Origin: Porpidia crustulata
Lineage: Eukaryota
Direction: 5' to 3'
Length of the DNA stretch: 36,778 bases
NCBI GenBank assembly: GCA_964255105.1
Contig: CAXUWE010000007.1
Span: 1 to 36,778, forward strand
The position numbers were made by a program, and so were the translations under genes. The notes beneath the pieces were generated by a model. It saw only the letters and a program-made list of their open reading frames with translations, was not told where the DNA came from and made no database searches. Shown piece after piece: positions 1 to 10,944 of the stretch (position 1 is its first letter; each line of letters opens with the position of its first letter).

Positions 1-147
1 TGTACGGGTATTGAAAGGGTGGTGTACGGGTAGGGTAGGGTGGTGTATCGTTATTATGACCCTATATCTAAGTTCGTGAGCAAAAAAGTAGATGGTTCTG
101 ATGATAAGTAACGTACCCGTTTCCACCACTCATCGAGCCATTACATG

Positions 148-185
148 TAGGGTTAGGGTTCCAGCAGTGGACAGCCCTAACCCTA
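148..185. promoter_or_regulatory. Inverted pair of telomere-like motifs (TAGGGTTAGGG ... CCCTAACCCTA), candidate Tbf1/TRF-like Myb factor sites upstream of the MRX7-like gene
   Basis: TAGGGTTAGGG at 148-158 and its exact reverse complement CCCTAACCCTA at 175-185, with a 16-nt spacer, about 240 bp upstream of the ATG at 421. The binding factor is inferred. Confidence 0.4.
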
Positions 186-420
186 GGTGAAGTGGACCGA
201 TGAGGTCAAATCGGCTTCTGCCATAGTTCCCTAAGTTATTAACGTCGCCACAATCTCTCTCATAGTACCAAGCCGACGCTATACCTCGTACGAAAAGCAG
301 TCACTGCTCTCCTAAAACCAAAGCTATCATTTTTCCGCAAATGCAAATGCCTATCTTGCTAAGATAAAGAGAGCGTGTTCTGGGTTGAGTGGTAGCAGCG
401 GAAACGCCGGCGTTTTCGCG

Positions 421-840
421 ATGACAATGTGGATCCGGATCTTCGAGGTATGGTCCTCTACTTGAGTGAAACCCATCGACATATATCTAAGTACTGACTA
501 GCTATGATAGCTCTGGCTCACAAACCGGGTATGTGGTTGTTAGGATCATGCAAAATACAGCGACTCAATCGTCGATACAGCTGCTGCAAAGCCCCGTCTT
601 TCATCGGGCCGTCCAACAGGTGCACAAAAAAGTACGGCAAATAAGACACGGGGTGGATCCTGAGGACATGGGTGGGACAAAACTAGAAAGTGCATATCAG
701 TCCCTTCTCCGTCGGCCCCTCACTGGACTGATCATCGTTTACCCCGTGCAGAACCTAGCTCTCAGAGCAAGAAATTTCTGGAGCTTTATCTTGAGGAGAT
801 TAAGGACCAGCTCCGCAGGGGATCTTCCTTAAAGAAGTAG
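421..840 (+). CDS. MRX7: Small mitochondrial protein, MIOREX complex component 7 (Mrx7)-like, about 80 aa, 4 exons
   Basis: Exons 421-447, 511-528, 581-689, 752-840; introns GTATGG..TAG, GTATGT..CAG, GTGCAT..CAG. Spliced product MTMWIRIFELWLTNRLLQSPVFHRAVQQVHKKVRQIRHGVDPEDMGGTKLEKPSSQSKKFLELYLEEIKDQLRRGSSLKK*. The 'LLxSPxFHRxVxxVHKKV...F...F/YxEE' pattern is recognised from this family. Confidence 0.75.
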
Positions 841-1259
841 TTGCTTGGTAAATTGGGCACTGGCCCTCTTGGATTTGCAGTCATTGGGAGGCGTTAGGAA
901 ATGGGTGCAACGCCATATGTGGGCGTAATGAATTTATGTACGTATGAATCAAGACAGTTTCATTTATCATTCAATCAGCCGTACTATTTATCAACATCAG
1001 GCAATCGGATAAGAAATTGGGCTCTTTCGACATCATCTCATGTTATTTGGCTCTCATTCCATCCGGATATTCATTTCACTCAGAACCCACGAGGAGGCAA
1101 CACCTCCCCAGGCCTACCTCGTATTCAATCTTGAGGTGTACATAAATCCTAGGCGATCAATCTACAGACTGATTTCGCTTTCCTTAGTTTCCACTCATAT
1201 CTGACCACATATTCACTCATCTTTGAGCGGTACTATCATGCCTGCCGCGATTGCTATTG

Positions 1260-2800
1260 GTGTCACGCGTTTGATTGATACCGCCTGTGGGTATCAACAG
1301 ATCGTGTCCACCTGCTGACCACCCGCTTTCTGTAGGGATCCTCAGTCACCGAACCGTTTAAGCTATTGGCAAAGATCCTAAGCATTGGTGAACAGTCCAA
1401 ACCACTGTTAAGGAGCCAGACAGAAGAATACCCCTCAAATGTCACGTATGCCCCAATAAACGTCAGAAAGTATGTGAAGGGCATAGCCAAGCAGTTACAT
1501 GGATAGATTCTTCATGATGTATCTGCACGAGGCCAACGGGCAAGAAACCCCGGGGGAAAGCGTTAAGGAATACTATGTAATCTCGAAGCTTAGAAGGTAC
1601 TACTTTTTAGAGCAGTCCTCAGGATCTTCCTCGATCCGTTGGATATTATCGGTGCAGCCAAGAAATTTGAGAGGGTGATTCTTACCATTAGCGCGGGGGC
1701 GTACGGTGTCCATATTGGAGATACATGAAAACCCATAGAGTCAGAACTGTGCGTCGACGATCCTGGCTTAATTTCCGAGTTCTGCGATCACTAGCAACGC
1801 ATGCCTAGAAGAAAGACCGGGAATGTACTTTCATCAGGTTGAGTCGTCACCTACCCAAATAATATAGTAGGTATTGTCTAGGGAAACATCCCGAACCTTA
1901 CTATTTCTGTTGGCTTTTAAATTTCCATCATCAGAAGTTGGAGGGCCTTCTCCTTTTTGCTGGTGGTGAACGATCCTACATATATTTTGACTGCTTCTTC
2001 TACGCCCGCCTTCATACCTCGTTTCATCTGCGGGTGGCTATGGCGCCCAAATGCAGCATTCAGGTCTTCAAAATTATCATACAATACCATTATATCATGG
2101 CCGAAATATTGTCGCTTTGGATGCAAGGCTGCCGCAAACCGCATTCAAGATTGATGTTTGGTCATAGCGGCAGCGTTATGATGCTTGCAGAGAAGGAAGC
2201 CATTGCCCAAGGTGCAGCGAAGAGCGTCTTGGAGGGCATCCCTAGATGAGGGAAGGGGGGTAGAGAATTGATTCGATCAAGTAAAGTCAATGAGATGATG
2301 AAAAGGAATCATGGGCCCGGCTTGCGAGCCGTCACCTTCAGGACCGCTGCGCAGAGGGTTGTTAGGATCTGTTTGGCAATTCTACGAACAAGGCCGCGAA
2401 GCAAGGTCGGACGAGATATATTGCGGATCCCTCCACTCCAGTAGGCTGGGTTTTACGCTTCCAAGAAGTAGTGACGTTAGCGATGACCGAAATAGCAATG
2501 TTGTCACCCGGAATTCCTTGACCTGGTGTTTCAATACATTGGAGCAAGAGAAATTAAATGCGAAGACCATGTCATATCTGCCTACACCTAGTCTCTTTAC
2601 CGCGACAACGCGTGTGACATCTTGCACGCGGTAGCAAACGAGTGTCTGATATGATTTTTGATCAAACGGGATGTAGTTCAGTTGCGGGACGAATTCTAGA
2701 AATACTTTTGCACATTGTCGGTCACGAGCACACAAGAACTGAGCGAGAGACACCACAGAAGATGCTGATTCCATTCCGGCAACGAAACTCGATATATATA
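1260..2800 (-). pseudogene. Possible decayed protein-coding remnant, family unidentified
   Basis: Co-oriented minus-strand protein-like fragments (2382-2822, 1917-2144, 1263-1490). The 1917-2144 frame continues past its stop as KPTEIVRFGMFP*TIPTILFG*VTTQPDESTFPVFLLG. No clean spliced model could be built. Confidence 0.25.
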
Positions 2801-2989
2801 TGTTCGATGTAGCAGATTGCACCAGTGCTTCATTATCCTACAATCACTCAAACACCAAAAACTCCTCGCTTGCCGATACAGATGCTCGCAGAGGTAGATA
2901 TTCAAACAAGATAGCCAAACTCCTCTCGATGCGCACCTGTTCCTCAAACGCCGATACCCAAACATAGTAAAACCAAAATGCGATCATAA

Positions 2990-5900
2990 TCATAACCCTC
3001 CCAAGACCTCGCCCACCACCTGGCCCAGCATCCTCAACCCATAACTCCCCGCCACCCTCTCCAATACCCTCATCTCCCGCACCACCTTCTCCCTATCAAC
3101 ACTGGCCACCCACGCCCCGCTGCACCCGCAATGCTCCATGAAATCGTTGACGCGGATCTTCTTGCATTTGCCACACTTCAGATCCTGCGTCTGCCATTCC
3201 ACGACCGCCTTCTGCACCCTTGCGATGAGCATTTCTTCAATGGCCAGACGATCATATTCGCCGTCGCACGTGCTGCATTTCCAGACCGCGCGGGCCGCGG
3301 CGTCGGCAGCGGCGTCGCTGGGCGGTAAGACGTCCTCGTCCCGGCACAGGTCGATGTCGCGGGCCACGGTGCAGTGCTCGCAGATGAGCTGTGCGAGCTC
3401 CAGGCTGGCGCTGGGGTTCTCAAAACGGGCCTGGGGGCTGAACTCTTTGATCTCGAAGAAGGCGAGGAGGTCTTTGCGCAAAAGGCGGGCCTCCAGCACG
3501 ATGGTTTTGTCGAGCGAGAAGACATGCATGATCGACTTGACGAGGTGGAGGACCGGGTGCGTGTTCGAGAGGTCGAGATGGGAGCCGGGGAGGATGGGGA
3601 AGGAGTGGTCGGCTGCGAGGGTGGGGTGCGCCAGTTCGGAGCGGTAGCGGGACAGGAGGGAGACGATCTGGCGTTTGAGGGGTTTGGAAATGGATTTGGC
3701 CAGGATACCTTTGGTGAGACTGTCGACTTCGTCGTCGGCGGCGGTGAGGTGGCGAGCTGGGAGCTGGGTTGGGCGAGGAGTGGAGTTGGGGGGGTTGCTG
3801 GAGTGGAGCTGGCGAGGGCGTTTGAGATTGTGCATGAGGTCAATGAATTCGACGACCCAGTCGTGGAAGATGGTGCGGTATTGAAGGGGCAGGAACGTGT
3901 TGAGTTGCCAGTGCATGATCGTGTCCAAGGTTTGAGACTCTGCTTCGACCACTTCCTGACAAGCTTTTCCGCCGTAGTTGAACTCATCGTACCAGACGAG
4001 ATAATCCCAGTATTCTCTGATGTCCAGGTCCAGGAAATGGAACAATGGCTTGGCTTTGATGGATTTTAAGATATACTGACTGTACGCGTAGGCATTGCCA
4101 ACTTCTGCCTTGGTGGTCTGAAGCAAGAGACGATTGGCGTTGGCGAAGACAACGTGTGAGCCCACCCGCTTGAAGTCGGTCATGAGCTGCTGGAAAGCTT
4201 TTCGCGACATGATCCGCACGTAATATTTAAGGGACCGATCGTAAAGAAAAGAATCAGGGCTCTCGACCCAACGCACAAGATGTTGGACCATAATGTCGGC
4301 CATTGTGCTGCCTTTGCACGCTTCGGTCCACCAAGCTTTCACCATTTCCCGAAGCACAGTGACGCCCGCTGAAGCAAAAGCATTGTCGGAATACAGGCCA
4401 CTCGTTCCGTCACTTGCATCGTTCTCGGATGGTGCAGCTGGGTTGAAAGCGACGGAATCGATCCCTTCCAGCTCGTTGATTAAAGAGGAGGTCAAAATGG
4501 TATTGATTGCCAGATTCCGAATGTCGAGCTCTATGCAGACTGATGAATAGGTCCCGGGGTTATTGATTGCCGGCATTTCGACTGTCTCCATAGGACCCAG
4601 CACATCGTCCTTCTCATACCCAGCGTGATCCGGCAGCGGACCATCGGACCACCATAGGACCACATTACTTCTCTGCAGACGCCTTGCGTACGCAATATCG
4701 ATGAGGAATTGCGGATCATCCCTCTCTAGATTACACAACGGAATGTCCCCATATCTCGCAAGCTCAACAAGATGGCTGATCCAAGATCCTAGGGTAAGGT
4801 AATGGTTGAGGAGACGCTTAACTACGAAGCTTTGCCACCCGAGCGGAGGAAGATTGCTGTCCGAAGGTTCAACCTTAAGAGGGAGGATTGGGATATCGTG
4901 TAAAGCTGGTATATCGCTTATTACAATTCGTCTTTGAGGAGATTGGATGGCGAGTATGGTTGGTCGGCTTTCATCACTCTTCAGTTTCTTTATTGCGTCA
5001 CTAAGTTCAAGATAAGTCTTTCTCTTAGTCGTCATCTGTAAGGTTTTGAAGCTCAGCTTTCCCTGATAGTCAAAGATATTCTGCCAAGGTTCACCTCCAT
5101 TCTCGTCCAGCCGTTGCGCCAGTAAATCAGAGTAAATCTTCTCAACACCGGGCATGCCTTGAGAATCCTTGTTACGATTCAGAATAATAACACAGGCTTC
5201 GTCCTTGGCGGTTGAGAACAGCGCAAATATTTGTCGTTCTCCAGCGACTAAATGATAAAGGTAGATGAAGCTTATCGCTGCTTGTGAAAGATATGGCTGT
5301 TTTGGAGGAGTTCTGAGTAGTGCTGAGAGATCGAAGCCACGCTCGAGGCCTTTACCCAAAACTCCGCTCTGGTTCTCATCGAATGTACACACACTACCCA
5401 GTTCCAAAACTGCTCTTATGTCTAGAGGTACTTGCTTCTCATACACTCCTTCCACACTGGGATGGTTGAACATGGAAGTAAGCTTCTTGGCTTCCGTGAT
5501 ATAGACTTCCTCCGGCATCACTAGCTTGAATAAATGTACCGATGGATGTCCGTTTGGCAGCGTGTGAGTAACCTTCTCGACCTTACAGCCTTCGATGTCG
5601 ACGTCTGGCAGGTCATTTCCATTAAGATTGAGAAAAAATTGTCGAGGTACATTTACAACCAGAACATGTATCTTATTGTCGATTAAAACGAATGCTCGGA
5701 TCTGGCCGGGCGTCTCAGATTCCCTAAGCTGCAGTATCTGCCATGTACTGGTAAAAAGTATTTCAGCCTGGTTGCGAAACATGCCTCCCACAGAGTCCAA
5801 TGATACATTGCTTCGCTCGCCAAAGAGCTGCCGTCGACGTACGCGCGCTTGTTTCTGGATTCTCCACTTGAGTTTTTGGTAGCGAAGGAAACCTTCATAA

Positions 5901-8900
5901 TCTTCCGTCATTAGAGGCATTATCGATGGGAGACTAGCATAAGGGTCTACAATCTGTGTGGCCGATTCATCTGGCGCTTTCCGCTTCTGTACCATGCGGG
6001 TGAGTTGACCCTTTTTTGCCTTCGACAACTGCGACGCTCCAAAATCTTCCATGTCTATGGGAAGTCGGTGATCAAGCGTATTGACAGGGATCTCAGATAA
6101 CGGTGTCTTCTCGAAGAGGTCGCTCATCTTTTTCTGCTTGAACCTATCGTCCTTTACATTGATTCTACGTTGAAGCCAGTCAGGATGCCCAACCCTTGGA
6201 ACGGGATTCCGGACTTTTTGCAAGGCTGCAGGTATCGTAATAAGCTTTTGAATCACAGAGCTTAGGCGCTCCAAGTAGTAGTTCCAGTCGATAAGACTTC
6301 GCGGATTCATATCTGCTGGGTCTTCTCGCATCCACTTGCGTAAGAAATAGCGCTTCACTTGGTCATCAGCGGAGAAAATAGCCACGGGTATGGCCCGTTC
6401 TGTCACCGGTGCGTTCTTCGGTCTCGAGCAAATGATATACTTGCAATTCAGACCTTTGTCTTTGACCATCTGTGCTCCCAAGAATTCTGCCAGCCGTTTT
6501 GCAGTTGTGATCGAGGTCGACTTTTGGGCACCGTACTCCTCCAAGGCTTTCGACATGCTCCTGTTTTCGCAAATGAGATCGATCAGCTCCTCGTCTGCGA
6601 GAGTAGATCCATGTTGATACAATACGTCAAGCCAACGGTTGGCCACCTTGGCCACAGATGTATAAGTTTCAGTCAATGTGGTTCCTTCAAGGAAGAACTT
6701 GAAAATCTGAGTTTGGAATATCTTGATAAGCTTGAGCTCGCCCCGTCTTTTCACTTCAAATCCTTTGAGTTCAGCGAGGCTACCATCGTGATTGAAAACA
6801 GCGTATCGCTTTTTTAGGTTTTTGTCTTCCTCTTTCGATGTTGGCAGGATCATAGCCCGATATGGACCATCAACTTCGAAGAAAATGGTGTTATCACTAT
6901 GCGTCTCGTATCTGAAAGTTTGAGGATCGACTAGCTCCTGGTATTGATGGTTGGTGAACTTCCCATGCACAAGGTGGTTAAGCATTGTACAAGGGTACGA
7001 GATTGTCAATTTTTTCCCGTTCTTGAGAGTGAAAGCAACATTCTCGGGAAAGGTAGCGGGCAACATGCACCAAATACCATCGGTATCAAGTTCCAATGGC
7101 CTCCCTATACGCTCAACAAGTTCTCGGGCCATCTGAATTATATGAGCACCGGTAAGGCAAGTGACCCCAGCCATTTCCATCGAGTACCATCTGGATCCTT
7201 TGCGCATGACATAACCGTAGAAGCTATTCAGAATGACTTTATGAGCTAGCTGGAGAGAATCGAAGAGGACAATCATCTTGCTTGCCTCTTCTATTTCCCC
7301 TGCTGACGCTCCTGCTGACTTCAACGCCTCAGTTTTGCCTTTCCAGACTTTTTGCTTACCTTTGAAGTCATATCGACGGTCTCGGAAATCCTTCACCGTA
7401 TCCACATAAAAAGGATTTTCTCGTTGACAGATGATAGCTTCTCGCTCAATCGTCTTTGTCTCATGAATTTTGTGATAGATCTTCTTGCTGTACTCGGTTA
7501 AGCGCTTCTTAACCATACTAGCCTGGTCTGCGGCACTGAGATCTTGAAAGGTCCTGGCTTGGCTGTTGGGATACCGTCCTGGAAAGCGTTCGTTCTCGAG
7601 AGCGTGTCTGACCATGTTATACTCATTTTTGTGCGCTGGAAGAAATTCGCCTCTCCATGACCATGGCATCCTTCGATCACAGGTCTTACCCGGTCGATTA
7701 AAGTCACAGGCGGCGCAGTCAGACTCCTCGATCATAGAATCAGGTTGCAGCCGGTTGGTCGTCATGATGTTCGGGTACATGGAAGCCACATCCAAATGGT
7801 AAATCGAAGGTCTCTCGTTCCGATCAGGCGACATCTTCAGACTCTCAAGCTTTGTAACGATCTCCGCCTTGATTTCGTCATAATTTACGACATCTTCCAA
7901 GGACTCTTTTTCCTCTACGAGTATGCTGAATCTTAGCGCAGCATCCAGGTCTTGGATCAGTTCATCGACGGCGGTAGTATCCAGAGCAAAATTGACAGGT
8001 ATGTCGCTTCGAAAAACGCCTGCTTCGATACTCTCGACGTGTCCTCCAACATAAGTCTCTGATTCAAGGAGATGACCATTCCAAAAGGTTTCATTTGGCT
8101 CTCTGTGCTTATTAGGAAGTACAATACCCTTCTCGTAGGCTTGCACCATGAGCAACATCTCGCAGAGTGTTCCAGTGCCTTTACGTAACACGTCATCCGG
8201 GCTGAGAGGGATGATATTACAAAGCGAGAATATAAATGGATGAACGTATTTCATATAGAGGTAATACGTTGCAACTGCGTCTGAAACAGAGTACTCAGCC
8301 AGAGTCTGAGGCTGCTCGCTCGCATATCGTGTCATAAGTTCCGGATCCAGCTCGTCAGGATCATAGCCAAGTTTAGCGACGGTGACAGCTTTGAGACCTC
8401 TACTGCCTTGGGGGAGATAGCTGTCTCTACTGACCCAGCTAAAGCAATCCATATGAACGCCATAGTCGCTTTGATAGATGTTTTCGCTGTTTTTGCGGAA
8501 ACCAATCTCTCGATACATATCGATGCCTTGAACACTGGCTCTTGCCTCGACAAATGGCCAGTCAAAGAAGTCGCCGTTATAAGTCGCAATGACTGTCGGT
8601 CTAGCTTCTTTGATATGCAGAAAGAAGCGCTCAATGACGGCTTTTTCATCTGCTTCATTAAACACTAGAAATGGGCCATCATACTCCGGTTTAGGGGTAT
8701 ATTCGAAGTCAGCAATGTCTTCAGATACAATTTCTCGGTTCGTGATGAGGAATCCTTGGCCGTCTATCATGTATGAAATCATCATAATTTGGTCTATAAT
8801 AGCATCCGGAAATTTCAAAGGCAGTTTTGTTGTCTCAATATCGTAAGCAAGCACTACAGGATCCGCTCTCTGGATACGCTCTTCAATACAAGTGAGGCTA

Positions 8901-9799
8901 GTGACACCGTGTTTAGCCTCTACCGTATACCATTTTCCGATTCTTATATCTAAAAGGGTTATTAACAAATCTTTCCGGACACATCAGAGTGACAGACTTT
9001 TATCAATTGCAACTCGGACATGATAAGGAACATCATATTCCCGGATATCGACGATATAATCACTTACTACTGCTATACCATTAGGCCGTGTATCATTATC
9101 TCGATCGTTATCATTTAGGTCAAAACCAGCATTAGAGCTAGGAAACAAGTCAGTATTGTATGCCTCTTCAAAATACCATGGATTTTACCTAGCAACTTCA
9201 GCATATGTGTCCATTGCATTCATACTTTTCCTATTAGTCTCTGCAATCGGCATAAGAGTCTTCCTGACGCCTAGCAGGTCATGAACGTTTTCAAACGTCA
9301 ATTGTAAAAACGCCCTGCGATAGCCAAGCAAATGATTAGGCATTTGCAGGTCCTCCTTCTCAACCCATTTCAGTGCCTTCACTATGCCCTCAAACTTCCG
9401 CCGACACCATTCTTCCACCTCGGCCTCCCCTCCCTTCTTGATAGCGATCAAAAAATATGGATCATATTCAACGGTGGCTTTGAAACTCCCTCCGTCATCC
9501 TCTAAGAAGTAAAAGTTCACCCCAGCACGACCATTTGGGCTTTTCTCATCTTCGACCGTTGTACTGCGCATATTGATAAGCCATCCCGTCCTCTTCTTCC
9601 CAGATTCGTAAGGCGCAAACCCCATTGACTCGTCAATGGCGTTGGCCAGGCGGGTAGCTTGAAGCTTTTCATCATGTGATGTTGCTTCTGTCGAGCGAAC
9701 GGTTGATGCGTCGATAATCTTGCTACGTTTTGGATTGAACGAGGACTTTGAGGAGCGGAAGTCCCGCCCATAACTTCGATTCGGTTTTCTTGAAGGCAT
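2990..9799 (-). CDS. POL2: DNA polymerase epsilon catalytic subunit A
   Basis: Exons 9799-9189, 9137-8998, 8949-2990 (introns GTAAAA..CTGAC..TAG and GTCTGT..TAG). Exonuclease motifs YDIET, YNGDFFDWPF and YSVSD; polymerase motifs HLDVASMYPN, KVILNSFYGY and LDTDG; CysX CAACDFNRPGKTC; C-terminal CysA/CysB (CEHC..CSTC, CGKC..CGC). All are intact. Confidence 0.99.
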
Positions 9800-9989
9800 T
9801 GATGCGGAATGGCGGTAGCGAGGTTTCAGTCATCCACCGGCAATATTTTGCGCGTTCGCATCTTGAGATTATATCAACCTTTTGGATTTGAATGTAGAGT
9901 CTTACACTGTATGGTCTTCCAGTTGTGGCTTCCTACAACACAATGTAGCAGTACCACCGCAACCATAACTTCCAAAGTCATGGCCGCAA

Positions 9990-10030
9990 ACGCGTAAAAT
10001 TTGTCGCGTCTCGACTCGGTCTTGACGCGT
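9990..10030. promoter_or_regulatory. MCB (MluI cell-cycle box) cluster in the POL2/COX20 divergent promoter
   Basis: ACGCGT at 9990-9995 and 10025-10030 plus TCGCGT at 10004-10009, about 190-230 bp upstream of the POL2 ATG. MCBs are the established MBF G1/S element of fungal DNA replication genes. Confidence 0.7.
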
Positions 10031-10153
10031 TGAGTACCCTGTCGTAGATTTGACTTTTAGCGCCTCTGTAGCGCCGCACTCCAGCCGTACTGACGCATCC
10101 TGTGATGCCTGAACATTCAATTCCGCATGACTGGGGTTGGCTGACATATAGCA

Positions 10154-10697
10154 ATGGCAGCAGACACGCGGGAGCCGCAACAGACGTCGTTAAAACGTTC
10201 GACACCTTCATCTACTTCTAATAGCAAGGACAAGACATACGAAACCTTCAATGCCCCAGTTGTACCGGAAAATGCAAATGCGTTGCCGGGAGGTAGTCTC
10301 AACTCCGCGGGCGGAAAACCAAAAGAGCCCAGCCTAATCGAAGCGTTGAAAGCTGTTAGGTTGGGTGAATTCAGAGAGGTGCACAAGAAACCATGCGTAC
10401 GAGATGCGTTACTGACAGGCATCGGGACTGGTTTTGGTATTGGTGGGATACGCGCTATTATGGGTGGTAAAGACTATCTATCCATCCTTTGCGCTTTTTC
10501 TGACGGAAGCAGCGCCAATCTTCAGAGCCTGTAATTGGGCTGTCGGTACTTTCTGCTTTGGATCCTTCGCCATGTATGAATTCTGTCAGAGAAAACGGCA
10601 ACTCGAATTGTCAGGCCTGAGGAGGGCAGCTGAGGTGCTCGAGAGGAAGAGGAACGAGAAATCCAAACAGGCGCAAGAAGCCAAAGCGGCGAGGTGA
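10154..10697 (+). CDS. COX20: Cytochrome c oxidase assembly protein Cox20
   Basis: Exons 10154-10466 and 10513-10697 (intron GTAAAG..CTGAC..CAG). Twin-Cys/TM pattern 'KKPCVRDALLTGIGTGFGIGGIRAIMG-APIFRACNWAVGTFCFGSFAMYEFCQRKR' followed by a basic coiled tail. The 3' end is uncertain (see findings). Confidence 0.92.
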
Positions 10698-10944
10698 AGA
10701 AACAAAGATGAAAACTTGCACGGAATGAGCTGAAGACTGCTGTGGTAAAGGAACGGCCATCCCTCAAATTGAAAGCGCTGACTGGACCGGTTTTCGATAG
10801 CCCAGAAGCAACCGCCAATCTCGTGATCAGAACGGAATGAGCTTTCCATACACCAAATGGCTGTGCAGTTCGAGGCCACCCAATTCATTTGTGTGGTCAT
10901 CACATTTACAGCGCAATGCTTTTGTTCCTGAGCGTGTCACGAAG

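Noticed and set aside
3131..4069. Long overlapping ORFs within the POL2 3' end (3138-3647+, 3178-3987-, 3374-4069+)
   Set aside because: Shadow ORFs caused by the locally high GC of the POL2 coding sequence; no recognisable motifs.
10695..10748. TGA=Trp genetic code reassignment suggested by the COX20 tail
   Set aside because: POL2, MTF1, APC1 and NUP37 end at TGA at plausible C-termini, and their long ORFs contain no internal TGA.
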